Assembly (NCBI GenBank): GCA_041178425.1
Contig: JBEGVH010000006.1
Span: 219,643 to 283,642 of the forward strand
DNA: 64,000 bases
DNA from: Pseudomonadota bacterium
GTDB taxonomy: Bacteria; Bdellovibrionota; Bdellovibrionia; Bdellovibrionales; Bdellovibrionaceae
Reading direction: 5' to 3'
Shown: positions 8,947-18,663 of the stretch, one piece after another
How positions within the stretch are numbered: position 1 is the first letter of the stretch
Layout: each line of letters opens with the position of its first letter
Position numbers and translations under genes: made by a program
The notes under the pieces: model-generated
Told to the model about the DNA's origin: nothing
The model's database searches: none
Seen by the model: the letters and a program-made list of their open reading frames with translations, nothing else

Positions 8947-10190
8947 CCTAACAACTCCTCAACTCTCGGTTTAATTTTCTCCATGAACACTTTCATATTC
9001 TTTTTTATCTGCTCATTATTGTGATTATTAAAATCAAACCAAAGCATGAGTCTATCATCTCGATGATATTTTTTGACGATCGCCTGTGCCACTTCCTCGG
9101 GGTTTCCTGCAATAGAATTCTCAACGGCGCCCGCTACTTTTTTTGGATCGAGTGTTTTTTCCATGGCGACCCAATAATTTTCCCAAGCCTTTTTTGAATG
9201 TTCTCGAGCCTTCGCTGACTGTTCTTGAGGCGACAGACCTTCGCTGTCATCGACAAAAATCAGAGCTGTGCGAGGCATGAGAGACCGACTCCAAGCGCCA
9301 CCCTGAGGATGAAAATCACGAGTCATGCGCCGGTGAGTTTCCTCTATGACATCGGCAGGGGTGATCGAAAGATTAAAAACTCCCGTAGGCAGAATTTCGT
9401 TGGCCATTCGCTGGGTTTCTGGATCATGAGACCCAATAGTCAGCCGCAACTTATCGAGTGGCGCTTCAAAAGGGATGATTCCTACCTTATCAAAGACAAA
9501 AAACGGAAGATGAAGGATTTTTTCTCCATCCCAACGGCGCCAATCTTCTTTGGCCAAACCTTGCACTTTCTCCCAGGTGTTTTGATCTCGAAAGTCTTCT
9601 CGACGAAGATAAATGGGGCCAATCTCCTTGCTCGCAAACTTATCGCCGCGCAAGGCCTTGAGCATAATGAGGGTCGCTTCTTGAAAAACCTTGTTTTTAA
9701 CTACATCCCATGCAGCTTCATCCACTAAATCTCGCGGACGAATTCCATAAGCATGATAAGAAAACGGAAAACGACCAGCAGCAAAACCAAATTCTAAAAG
9801 GCGCTTTTCGTTCGGGCGGAGCGCATGGAGCGAAAGAAAGGTTTTTACAGCTTCAGCATGAGCCAGAGGGCCACCATTAGATAAAATATTTCGAATGGCC
9901 GATCCAACATTGAGATTTTTGGTTTGACTAAAAATAATATGAGCAAGCTGGAGTATGTCAGTATTAAGTCCAATTTCCCCTTTGAAGTGTGGTATCACAG
10001 CGCCAGGGTTTTCTTTCTGAACCTGACAAGACAAATGAGTTTCCGCAAGCCAGGCGGTACCAAAACCGAGTTGATCGGCCAACTGCACTTGATCGAAAAA
10101 GTTTTCCCACATGGTTCTCTCTGTTGGGAGATAACCATCCACCTCTGTTTGGCAAATCGAAAAAAAGATGTCGTATTTCATGGCAGACAT
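8943..10190 (-). CDS. LLM-class (luciferase-like) flavin-dependent oxidoreductase
   Basis: ADQLGFGTAWLAETH, FAAGRF and AGNPEEVA motifs; start uncertain (10190 or 10181). Confidence 0.85.
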   Translation of the reverse strand: MSAMKYDIFFSICQTEVDGYLPTERTMWENFFDQVQLADQLGFGTAWLAETHLSCQVQKENPGAVIPHFKGEIGLNTDILQLAHIIFSQTKNLNVGSAIRNILSNGGPLAHAEAVKTFLSLHALRPNEKRLLEFGFAAGRFPFSYHAYGIRPRDLVDEAAWDVVKNKVFQEATLIMLKALRGDKFASKEIGPIYLRREDFRDQNTWEKVQGLAKEDWRRWDGEKILHLPFFVFDKVGIIPFEAPLDKLRLTIGSHDPETQRMANEILPTGVFNLSITPADVIEETHRRMTRDFHPQGGAWSRSLMPRTALIFVDDSEGLSPQEQSAKAREHSKKAWENYWVAMEKTLDPKKVAGAVENSIAGNPEEVAQAIVKKYHRDDRLMLWFDFNNHNNEQIKKNMKVFMEKIKPRVEELLG

Positions 10191-10339
10191 TAGAAACAAA
10201 AGAACTTTAATTGTCAGTCTTTTCTCACCGCGCAATTAAATAAATATCGATGACTCAAGGAAATAGCTAAAAAGAGAAAACTTGGCTCAGGACGAATATC
10301 TCCCCACCGCTCAGATCTGCAGTAGGGAGAGTGAAAACT

Positions 10340-11719
10340 TTAATCTTCGTAGTCGATGGGCTCAAGAGGGGGTGTGTTTAATGGCGCAACCGTGTAGTCC
10401 GGAACAATGACACCCGACATTCCTGACGCTGGCAAAGATTTAGGATGGGCATACTTGTAAAATCGCCCTGTATCGACCAAGAAATGCCCATTAAACTCGC
10501 TACCGTAAATGCGATAGATATTGCCAAGAGCTCCTGTGCCAGCGCCAATAAAGCCTGGCGAAAAACGATATTTTCTCACAGTCGGATATTGGTCAATATT
10601 GTAAACACCTTCTTCTAGCCATTCAGAGGCCGGAACACCTCGGTCTAAGACTGCCTGACGCTCGATCGTAGCGGCTCTTGAATCATTGATGGGGCTCGAC
10701 TTGGTAAGAATATAGAAAAAAGGAACGCGCTGTTTCTGTGATTTATAGCTATACAGCGAAGGCTGCCAAACCGCTTCTCTGGCATAAACACGAATAATCG
10801 GCGTGCCCGCTGCTATAATATGGCGAAGGAAAGCAACGGCCCCATTTTCAAGGCGAGTGCACCCTGAGCTACGAGCATCATTAATGCTGCTTAAGAAAAG
10901 ATTACGTGTAACATCAATAAACTTAGGGCCATCAGAACCCCAACCGGCTGTTCCATGAATCCATTGGTAGTTGGCCTTGGGTCCTAGAATGGCAGCGAAC
11001 CATCCGAAGGCTCCTCTCATTTGACCATTTTTATTGGGCATCACATCGCTATCAAACCAGTCACTAAAATCAGAGCCTGGAGGTGGCACTGGTGGATAGT
11101 CTTTAGAGTACCAAGCTGGATAATGGCCTTCACCATCTTCGTGAAATTTATCCCAGTACTGGATTTTATTTACGCCCAGATGTGTGTACCATTCCTCTGG
11201 AGAGAAAAGGCTATTCTTTCTTCGACCCACCACCATGTCGGATTCAAAAACCAAGCGATGAGGGCATCCCGCATACTTTGTGCACTTTTCATAAACTCGA
11301 GTCACTTCAGTCGCAACGTTTTGCACCACAAAGTATTGAGTCGAAATATTATTCTGTGAATTCTTTGCTGATAAATACTCAGCGCTCACATAGAGGCGAT
11401 CGTAGGCGTTAAGTGACACTCCCCTGCCCGAAACTACTTTCACTTCTACAAAGGGATTTGCGTCGTCGAGCAAACTAACAATCGAGACGAGATCATTCCG
11501 GTGCAGACGCCCAATGGCCTCTTCTTCTTTAACAGGAGCAAGACGAACTTTAATGGTATCAGCATCCACAAAGTAATTCAGACCAACTTTTAATTTTGCC
11601 TTTGCCGATGGTACGACTGGTTTAGAGTCCGAAAATAAAAAAGACTGTGCCATGGAAACTTCGCCCACCGCGAGAATGCTGGCACAAAGAAAACCCACCA
11701 AAAAAGACCACTGAATCAT
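10340..11719 (-). CDS. Secreted L,D-transpeptidase (YkuD) with N-terminal SH3-like region
   Basis: Signal peptide; VVGR, IHGT...SSGCTRL catalytic motif. Confidence 0.8.
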   Translation of the reverse strand: MIQWSFLVGFLCASILAVGEVSMAQSFLFSDSKPVVPSAKAKLKVGLNYFVDADTIKVRLAPVKEEEAIGRLHRNDLVSIVSLLDDANPFVEVKVVSGRGVSLNAYDRLYVSAEYLSAKNSQNNISTQYFVVQNVATEVTRVYEKCTKYAGCPHRLVFESDMVVGRRKNSLFSPEEWYTHLGVNKIQYWDKFHEDGEGHYPAWYSKDYPPVPPPGSDFSDWFDSDVMPNKNGQMRGAFGWFAAILGPKANYQWIHGTAGWGSDGPKFIDVTRNLFLSSINDARSSGCTRLENGAVAFLRHIIAAGTPIIRVYAREAVWQPSLYSYKSQKQRVPFFYILTKSSPINDSRAATIERQAVLDRGVPASEWLEEGVYNIDQYPTVRKYRFSPGFIGAGTGALGNIYRIYGSEFNGHFLVDTGRFYKYAHPKSLPASGMSGVIVPDYTVAPLNTPPLEPIDYED

Positions 11720-11949
11720 AGATAAACCCCTTTAAACAAAAGTTCGGCTCAACGCTGAATCTGGTGGGTGTGACTAAAAAAAGGTAGTTTTTCAATGCAG
11801 AGTTGTAAAATTACCAGAACTTAAGTTGCCCTAGACATCGTATTAGCTCGCCTTCTGATTAATTTTTAGGCATTCCATGAAGTTTAATTAAGCTGACACT
11901 CCCGTCATCGAAAGCTGAGATAGGCGCTTCTTTTGAGGAGGAGGCCTAA

Positions 11950-12819
11950 ATGAAAGAAGAAAATCTGAATCCCGAAATATCCCATGTCAGTGATACGGCT
12001 CTTTGGGTGGCGACTTATCGAGCCGAAGAAACAAAGCGAAAAGATGCCCTTTTTAAAGACCCTTTAGCAGAAATCTTAGCCGGAGAAAGAGGCAAAAGAA
12101 TTGCCAAGAAAATGCGGGCAACAAAGTACCTCTCGTGGTCGGTCATCATTCGTACAGCCACCATTGACGACCTGATTGAAGAAGCACTCAGCGAGGGCGT
12201 TGATACCGTTGTCAATCTCGGTGCGGGTTTAGATACTCGTCCGTATCGCATGAACCTTAATCGGAATCTCCTTTGGTTCGAGGCGGATTTTCCAGACATC
12301 ATTGATCTCAAAAACGATCGTCTCAAAAACGAAAAACCCAACTGTCAAATCGAGCGAAGAGCCATTGATTTAACCAATCCAGAAGCACGACAAGCTTTTT
12401 TTCAAACCGTCAATGCTCAATGTCGCAAGGCCTTGATTATCACCGAAGGTGTTATTCCCTATCTCTCGAATGAGGACGTGGCAGCCCTCGCAAAAGATCT
12501 TCGCCAACACAATCATTTTAAATTTTGGATTCTTGAATATTTTCCCTCTGAACTTCCGCTTTCTCGTCCATTCAAAAAACTGCAATCGAAACTTACGAAG
12601 GCACCGCTTATCTTCAAACCCAAAGATTGGAACGTTTTTTTTAATCAACTCGGATGGAGAACCAAAGACCTTCGTTTTCTCAATGAGGAAGCCGAGAAAT
12701 TACATCGCCCCTTTCCTCTCTCATGGTGGCAAAAATTAGGACGATTTTTTCTGCGCAAAAAGACCAAAGAAAAGCTAAGGCAAGCTCTCGCCTATGCGCT
12801 GATTGAACCAAATCTTTGA
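11950..12819 (+). CDS. SAM-dependent methyltransferase (LCM/TcmP-like)
   Basis: TALWVATYRA, FKDPLA, VNLGAGLDTRPYR and ITEGV motifs. Confidence 0.9.
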   Translation: MKEENLNPEISHVSDTALWVATYRAEETKRKDALFKDPLAEILAGERGKRIAKKMRATKYLSWSVIIRTATIDDLIEEALSEGVDTVVNLGAGLDTRPYRMNLNRNLLWFEADFPDIIDLKNDRLKNEKPNCQIERRAIDLTNPEARQAFFQTVNAQCRKALIITEGVIPYLSNEDVAALAKDLRQHNHFKFWILEYFPSELPLSRPFKKLQSKLTKAPLIFKPKDWNVFFNQLGWRTKDLRFLNEEAEKLHRPFPLSWWQKLGRFFLRKKTKEKLRQALAYALIEPNL

Positions 12820-12907
12820 AACCCTGCATATAAGCGAGATAAATTCTCTCGATTTACCCATGAAAGTATGATTGCATCGCCAAGTCTGTTTTCATGGAGG
12901 GGGAATT

Positions 12908-13693
12908 ATGTTGTTGGATCTTACCAACAAAAGGGCTTTAGTGTGTGGTGCATCCCAGGGGATTGGCGAAGCGACAGCTCATGCTCTCGCCGATATGGGC
13001 GCCGAAGTCATTCTTATTGCTCGAACCGGTGATAAACTCGAGGCCATTCGACAAAAACTCTCCAATGCTAAAAATCAAAAACACCAAGCGCTGGCCTTCG
13101 ATCTCACGTCGCGCGACCTCTTAACCAATCACCTTAATGATTGTCTTGCTAAGGGGCCCATCAGTATCGTTATCAATAATGCTGGCGGCCCTAAGGCGGG
13201 CTCCTTGCTTGATGCTAGCGACGAAGATTTTCTCAGTGGCTTTCATGCGCACATTCTTGCGGCCTCCCTTATTGCAAAAAAACTAGCTCCGGGAATGAAA
13301 GAGCAAAAGTTCGGTCGCTTTATCAATATAATATCAACATCGGTAAAAGCACCTATTGCCAATCTCGGGGTTTCAAACACCATCAGAGGTGCTATGGCGA
13401 ATTGGGCTAAATCGATGGCCACCGAACTGGCTCCCTACGGCATAACCGTCAATAATGTGCTCCCTGGTTACACCGAAACCCCACGCTTAGAAGCTCTGGC
13501 TCAGGCGGCCGCCCAAAGACAAAACAAAACCGCCGATGAAATTAAGCAAACCTGGAAGGCTGCGACACCCGCAGGTCGCTTTGCCTCCCCTGCCGAAGTT
13601 GCCGACGCCATCGCTTTTTTAGCCAGCCCCTCGGCCGGCTTCATCAATGGCATCAACCTCCCTGTTGATGGAGGTCGAACACCATGTCTTTAA
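12908..13693 (+). CDS. SDR family oxidoreductase
   Basis: GASQGIG and NNAGGP; canonical YxxxK replaced by SNTIR; GGAGG RBS. Confidence 0.9.
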   Translation: MLLDLTNKRALVCGASQGIGEATAHALADMGAEVILIARTGDKLEAIRQKLSNAKNQKHQALAFDLTSRDLLTNHLNDCLAKGPISIVINNAGGPKAGSLLDASDEDFLSGFHAHILAASLIAKKLAPGMKEQKFGRFINIISTSVKAPIANLGVSNTIRGAMANWAKSMATELAPYGITVNNVLPGYTETPRLEALAQAAAQRQNKTADEIKQTWKAATPAGRFASPAEVADAIAFLASPSAGFINGINLPVDGGRTPCL

Positions 13694-15132
13694 TCGAAAT
13701 TAAAAATTTTATTGGTGGCGAGTTTTGTTCGGCTAAATCGAATACGACGATTGAAAATTTTGAACCCGCTACAGGCCGTGTTTACTCCACCATTCCGCGC
13801 TCCCATACCGCCGATGTTAATGCTGCCGTTCAAGCGGCAAAAAAAGCATTTCCGGCATGGTCTTCAACATCGGCCGAAGAGCGGGCCCAATATCTCAATA
13901 AAATAGCTGATGGTATTGAAAAACGTCTTCTTCAATTTGCTAGGGCAGAATCTCGCGACCAAGGGAAGCCGGTATGGTTGGCCGAGTCCATGGATATCCC
14001 TCGCGCGGCCCATAATTTTCGTTTTTTTGCTGGTCAGATTCTTTATCAAAAAGATGAAGCTCACGAAATCTCGGGCAAAGCTTATAATTTCACCCTGCGA
14101 AAACCGGTTGGTGTTGCGGGCCTTATCTCTCCATGGAATTTACCCCTTTATCTTTTAACTTGGAAAATTGCTCCTGCCATTGCCTTTGGTAACACGGTGG
14201 TTTGCAAACCCTCTGAACTGACTCCAATGACGGCCTTCTTGCTCTGTGAAATTTTTCAAGACGTTGGCCTCCCGCCAGGAGTCGTTAATATTCTCTTTGG
14301 CTATGGAGCCGAAGCGGGTGAACCAATTGTTCAGCACCCAGAGGTGCCCCTAATTAGTTTCACCGGAGGAACCACAACAGGTAAGCGGCTAAGTGCCAGC
14401 GCCGCTCCATTGATCAAAAAACTATCGCTTGAGCTGGGTGGAAAAAACGCCAATATGATTTTTGCCGATTGTCATCTTGATGAAGCCATCGAAACGTCTC
14501 TGCGTTCGAGCTTTCTGAACCAAGGTGAAATCTGTCTCTGTGGATCTCGCCTCTTTGTGGAGCAATCCATATACACAACTTTTGTTGAGCGCTTTGTTAG
14601 CAAAGTAAAAAACCTTAAGGTTGGCGACCCTAAAAATGCTGACCACTTTATTGGTGCTCTCGTCAGTAAAGATCACCTCGAGAAGGTGCGATCGTATGTG
14701 ACCTTGGCTCAGCAAGAGGGTGGCAAAATTGAAACTGGATTAGAACCAATTCCCCTCGATAGCGATCACCAAAATGGATACTTTATGCGTCCAACAGTGA
14801 TCACGGGTCTTTCTTCTCATTGTCGTGTCATGCAAGAAGAAATTTTTGGGCCTGTGGTCACCATTGCTCCTTTTTCCACAGAAGAAGAAGTCATCGCTAT
14901 GGCCAACTCAGTTGAGTATGGATTGGCCGCCAGTCTTTGGACAAAAGACATTCAAAGGGTTCATCGTATGGCACGCGCCTTAGAGGTTGGAACACTTTGG
15001 GTGAACACTTGGATGATGCGTGATTTAAGAGTGCCCTTTGGTGGAATGAAAATGTCGGGAGTAGGCCGCGAAGGTGGTGTGCATTCTTTAGAGTTTTTCA
15101 CAGAAGCCACTAACGTTTGCGTAAAATACTAA
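13684..15132 (+). CDS. 2-aminomuconate/hydroxymuconate semialdehyde dehydrogenase (ALDH8A1-like)
   Basis: ISPWNLPLYLLTWK, LELGGKN, NQGEICLCGSR and EEIFGPV motifs; operon context. Confidence 0.9.
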   Translation: MSLIEIKNFIGGEFCSAKSNTTIENFEPATGRVYSTIPRSHTADVNAAVQAAKKAFPAWSSTSAEERAQYLNKIADGIEKRLLQFARAESRDQGKPVWLAESMDIPRAAHNFRFFAGQILYQKDEAHEISGKAYNFTLRKPVGVAGLISPWNLPLYLLTWKIAPAIAFGNTVVCKPSELTPMTAFLLCEIFQDVGLPPGVVNILFGYGAEAGEPIVQHPEVPLISFTGGTTTGKRLSASAAPLIKKLSLELGGKNANMIFADCHLDEAIETSLRSSFLNQGEICLCGSRLFVEQSIYTTFVERFVSKVKNLKVGDPKNADHFIGALVSKDHLEKVRSYVTLAQQEGGKIETGLEPIPLDSDHQNGYFMRPTVITGLSSHCRVMQEEIFGPVVTIAPFSTEEEVIAMANSVEYGLAASLWTKDIQRVHRMARALEVGTLWVNTWMMRDLRVPFGGMKMSGVGREGGVHSLEFFTEATNVCVKY

Positions 15133-15183
15133 AACTTTTTTTAAACAAAGCACTACAAAAGTAAAATTTAGGACAGGTGAATT

Positions 15184-16128
15184 ATGGCAACAACGAGCAA
15201 AAAAAACACAGGCAAAGGTGCGATCGTCGCGGGATGCTTGGCTCCCCATCCACCCCACTTGGTCTATGCAGAAAACCCACCTCAAAATGAACCGCGTTCC
15301 GAGTGTGGCTGGGAAACTCTTCGCTGGGCCTATGAATCCATGCGAAACGATTTAAGCCAAATTGAACACGATGTCCTCGTGATCTTTTCTCCTCATTGGA
15401 GAACCTATGTTGGCACTCATATTCTTGCAACCCCCCATTTAAAATCTTTGTCTGTGGATCCTATCTTTCCAAATCTCTTTCGCTACCACTACGACATCAA
15501 CGTCGATGTAGATCTTGCCAACACAATTCATGACGTTTGTCAGAGCAAAAATATTCCTACCAAACTTATGACTAACCCTGATTTTCGCGTAGACTATGGC
15601 ACCATCGTCACAGGACACCTTACGAATCCAAAATGGGACAAACCCATCGTCACCCTTTCAACTAATTGTGTGGCATCTTACTACAACCTTGATCGCATGC
15701 AGGCTCTCATGATGGAGCTTGGCGCCGCAACAAAAGAAGCCATCGAAAAAAGTGGCAAAAAAGCCATTCTTCTTGCAAGCCACTCTCTCTCTCATCGCCA
15801 TTTTACCGTCGAAAATGAAATTCCCGAAGACATGAGCAAAGAGCACATCACCAATCACAGCCTCTACTTGTGGGACATGAAAATGATTAAACTCATGAAA
15901 GAAGGGCGATCTCGCGAGATGATTGACCTAATTCCTGACTTCACAGAGCAAACTATTGCTGAGTCAGATTCAGGAGGTCTGACTTGGATGATGAAGGCCA
16001 TGGACTTTCCGACCTACCCAGCAAAAGTTCACGGTTACGGAACAGTGATTGGCACTGGTAATGCCGTTGCCCATTGGGCACCACCAACAACAACAAAACC
16101 TCAGCCTCTCGCAGAGAAAGGAATCTAA
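15184..16128 (+). CDS. 2-aminophenol 1,6-dioxygenase beta (catalytic) subunit-like, LigB family
   Basis: HPPHLVYAENPPQNEPRS.CGWE.LRWAY, SPHW, SHSLSHRH and YGTVIGTGNA match AmnB/CnbCb-type subunits. Confidence 0.88.
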   Translation: MATTSKKNTGKGAIVAGCLAPHPPHLVYAENPPQNEPRSECGWETLRWAYESMRNDLSQIEHDVLVIFSPHWRTYVGTHILATPHLKSLSVDPIFPNLFRYHYDINVDVDLANTIHDVCQSKNIPTKLMTNPDFRVDYGTIVTGHLTNPKWDKPIVTLSTNCVASYYNLDRMQALMMELGAATKEAIEKSGKKAILLASHSLSHRHFTVENEIPEDMSKEHITNHSLYLWDMKMIKLMKEGRSREMIDLIPDFTEQTIAESDSGGLTWMMKAMDFPTYPAKVHGYGTVIGTGNAVAHWAPPTTTKPQPLAEKGI

Positions 16129-16130
16129 GG

Positions 16131-17129
16131 ATGGCCGCTTCTCATTCACAAAACCCCATTATTAAAGGTTATGTTTTACCGGGCCTCATTCAGCCCCTTC
16201 TCACTCCGGATGCAAACCCTGGATACCGAAAAGTGAGAAACGCTTTTGAACAAGTGCGGGCTGAAATTGAAAACACCGATGCTGACCTGATTCTCATTTA
16301 CAGCACCCTTTGGCCCTCAATTCTTGGGCATCAGATTCAGGCCCTTCCAGAGCCTGAATGGACACTCGTTGAAGAAGAATTTCACGATCTAGGTTCTGTG
16401 CCCTACAAGCTCCGTATCGATAGTGAATTTGCCGAGTGTTACAATAAACACGCCCTCCAGAGAGGATTGCAAAGTCGAACTATTGCTTATCATGGTTTTC
16501 CTATTGATAGTGGATCAATCGTGGCTTTGCAGCTGATCAACCCAAACAATCGGCTTCCGGCCGTTATTGTTTCGAGCAATATTTACGCTGATCGTGCTGA
16601 GACCGTGGTGCTCGCTAAAGCCGCCGTATCTGCTCTTAAAGAGCAAGGCAAGCGCGCCGTGGCGGTGATCATCTCGACTTTATCAAATCGCCTCCATACG
16701 AATTATATCGATCCAAAAGATGATTGCATCAATTCTCTCAAAGACCAGGAATGGAACTTGAAAATTCTTGAGTTCCTCGAAAAAGGGCGCCTCGAAGATG
16801 TTGCTCAACTCTCTCGACAAATTCACCGCGAAGCGCGAGTCAAAAAAGTTTCCAACTTTAAGCCTTTCTGGTGGCTCTCTTCTGTGATGGGGGCCCACAA
16901 TCGCTACACCGGTAAAGTTTTTGAATATCAACCTATTTATGGAACAGGATGCGCCGTCGTTGGTTTAACTCCCGCTCCCCATGCTTCTCGTGACCTTGAA
17001 TTCGATGAGGATGCTCCAGAACATTACACGGGCGAACGGAATGTTCTTAGCGCCAGCGGGGAATCGATGGCCGATTTTTCCTCTCAACAAGTGTTATGTA
17101 ACACAGATGATGAGGGCATAGAGCAATGA
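16131..17129 (+). CDS. 2-aminophenol 1,6-dioxygenase alpha subunit-like, with acidic C-terminal tail
   Basis: LIYSTLW, GFPIDSG and YQPIYGTG in a LigB paralog lacking the His ligands; adjacent to the beta subunit. Confidence 0.8.
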   Translation: MAASHSQNPIIKGYVLPGLIQPLLTPDANPGYRKVRNAFEQVRAEIENTDADLILIYSTLWPSILGHQIQALPEPEWTLVEEEFHDLGSVPYKLRIDSEFAECYNKHALQRGLQSRTIAYHGFPIDSGSIVALQLINPNNRLPAVIVSSNIYADRAETVVLAKAAVSALKEQGKRAVAVIISTLSNRLHTNYIDPKDDCINSLKDQEWNLKILEFLEKGRLEDVAQLSRQIHREARVKKVSNFKPFWWLSSVMGAHNRYTGKVFEYQPIYGTGCAVVGLTPAPHASRDLEFDEDAPEHYTGERNVLSASGESMADFSSQQVLCNTDDEGIEQ

Positions 17130-18220
17130 AAAATCCAGATCTCAAAATCTCAGATGTTTACCCCTCCAGTCCGTTTGGAGAAAAAATTCCAGGAATTCCC
17201 ACTGGCCGGGACGTCGAATGGCAGCCACTCATCGATTACCGTCGTAATGGTGTGAGTGAAAACACCATTCACGGAGCCATTGCTTGGTACAGCGGCGATG
17301 AATTGATTCACTCGTTCGGAGGAAACGTTCTTTGTTATGGTCGCAGCATGATGAAACTTTTTTATATGAAAGTGTTCAGCCAAGAACTTGCAAACACTAC
17401 CACTTGGCAACAAAAAGCCATCAGCGTTTCAAGTCATAATGGGGCCGCCGAACACATCGAGGCAGCGCAATCCCTATTGACTGAGAGTGAATGGGGACTC
17501 ATGCAAACCCCACTTGATCTACCCTTAGTACAATTTGGCCGACAGGTGCGACGCCCTCGCCGCTGGTACAATAACTCCTCTGGGCACCACGCAGCGATTC
17601 TTCTTGGTTGCCGAATGAAGGGCTGGAATCGCGCGGGCTACACACTGCCTAATCACGAAGTTTATAAAGAATACGTTCAAGTTGTTCGTCGCTATTTAGG
17701 TGCCGACTGGAAACCACTCCGTATCGCCCGCGATGGTGATGGCCTGCCAACGGTAGCAATGACCGTCAACGAACTGGCTCGTTGTTATGCGGGCCTCGCT
17801 AAACATCGCGAACAAGATTGGGTCTGGGAAAGCATGGTTCGCCATCCAGACTTAGTGGGTGGTTTTAATCGTCTTGATACAACAGTGATAAAGTCTTGCC
17901 ATGGGCAAGTGATTGCCAAAGAGGGCGCCGACGGGCTTCTTGGAATGGCGATCTCGCATCCTGACTATCCCAACGGTCTTGGCGTAGTGATTAAGATTGC
18001 TCACGGATGGAACCCACAAGCCACCTGGTACATTGCAAGAGGTATTTTAGGAGTGCTAGGCTTTGAGCTGCGCAATCCTTATCCCTTACGCCGACAAAAA
18101 GCCTTTTTGGTTCCGCAAATTGTGCCTGATAAATTTGTAAAAAAACTCGAAACAATTCCAACGTGGGACGAATGGGATCCTGATCACGATCGTTGGTACA
18201 TGGGAGATTTAAATGTCTGA
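17126..18220 (+). CDS. L-asparaginase II (class 3) family homologue, divergent
   Basis: RSMMK, SSHNG, NNSSGHH, DGDGLPT and AKEGADG motifs; overlaps both neighbours. Confidence 0.8.
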   Translation: MKNPDLKISDVYPSSPFGEKIPGIPTGRDVEWQPLIDYRRNGVSENTIHGAIAWYSGDELIHSFGGNVLCYGRSMMKLFYMKVFSQELANTTTWQQKAISVSSHNGAAEHIEAAQSLLTESEWGLMQTPLDLPLVQFGRQVRRPRRWYNNSSGHHAAILLGCRMKGWNRAGYTLPNHEVYKEYVQVVRRYLGADWKPLRIARDGDGLPTVAMTVNELARCYAGLAKHREQDWVWESMVRHPDLVGGFNRLDTTVIKSCHGQVIAKEGADGLLGMAISHPDYPNGLGVVIKIAHGWNPQATWYIARGILGVLGFELRNPYPLRRQKAFLVPQIVPDKFVKKLETIPTWDEWDPDHDRWYMGDLNV

Positions 18221-18641
18221 AACTCAATCTGAAAAAATCAACACCAATAAAGCACCAGAACCTGTCGGAGCTTATCCTCATGCTCGCCGTTTTGGCGACC
18301 TTCTTTTTTTGTCGGGCGTCGGCCCTCGCAAACCTGGAACAAAAAAAATTCCAGGGGTTGAACTCGACGATAATGGAGCTATCGCATCTTATGACGTGGT
18401 TACTCAAACAGAGTCAGTGATTGAAAATATTCGCATCATTTTAGAAGCCTCCGGTAGCTCTCTCGATAAAATTATCGATGTGCAGGTTTTTCTCACCAAC
18501 ATGAAAGCTGATTTTAAGGCCTTTAACGAGGTTTACGCAAAACACTTTACTTCTATTGGTGCTACTCGCACAACGATTGAGGTAGGAGCTCTACCAACAC
18601 CCATCGCTGTTGAATTTAAAGTGATTGCCGCGGCTAAATAA
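18213..18641 (+). CDS. RidA-family 2-aminomuconate deaminase-like protein
   Basis: APEPVGAYPHARR.GDLLFLSG and RTTIEVGALPTPIAVEFK motifs; operon context. Confidence 0.88.
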   Translation: MSETQSEKINTNKAPEPVGAYPHARRFGDLLFLSGVGPRKPGTKKIPGVELDDNGAIASYDVVTQTESVIENIRIILEASGSSLDKIIDVQVFLTNMKADFKAFNEVYAKHFTSIGATRTTIEVGALPTPIAVEFKVIAAAK

Positions 18642-18663
18642 TTTTTATCGAGGAGTTTATTCA

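Noticed and set aside
15184..17129. Reading the LigB-family pair as tRNA U34 modification proteins
   Set aside because: Motifs and the ALDH/RidA/TDO context fit aminophenol extradiol dioxygenase subunits.
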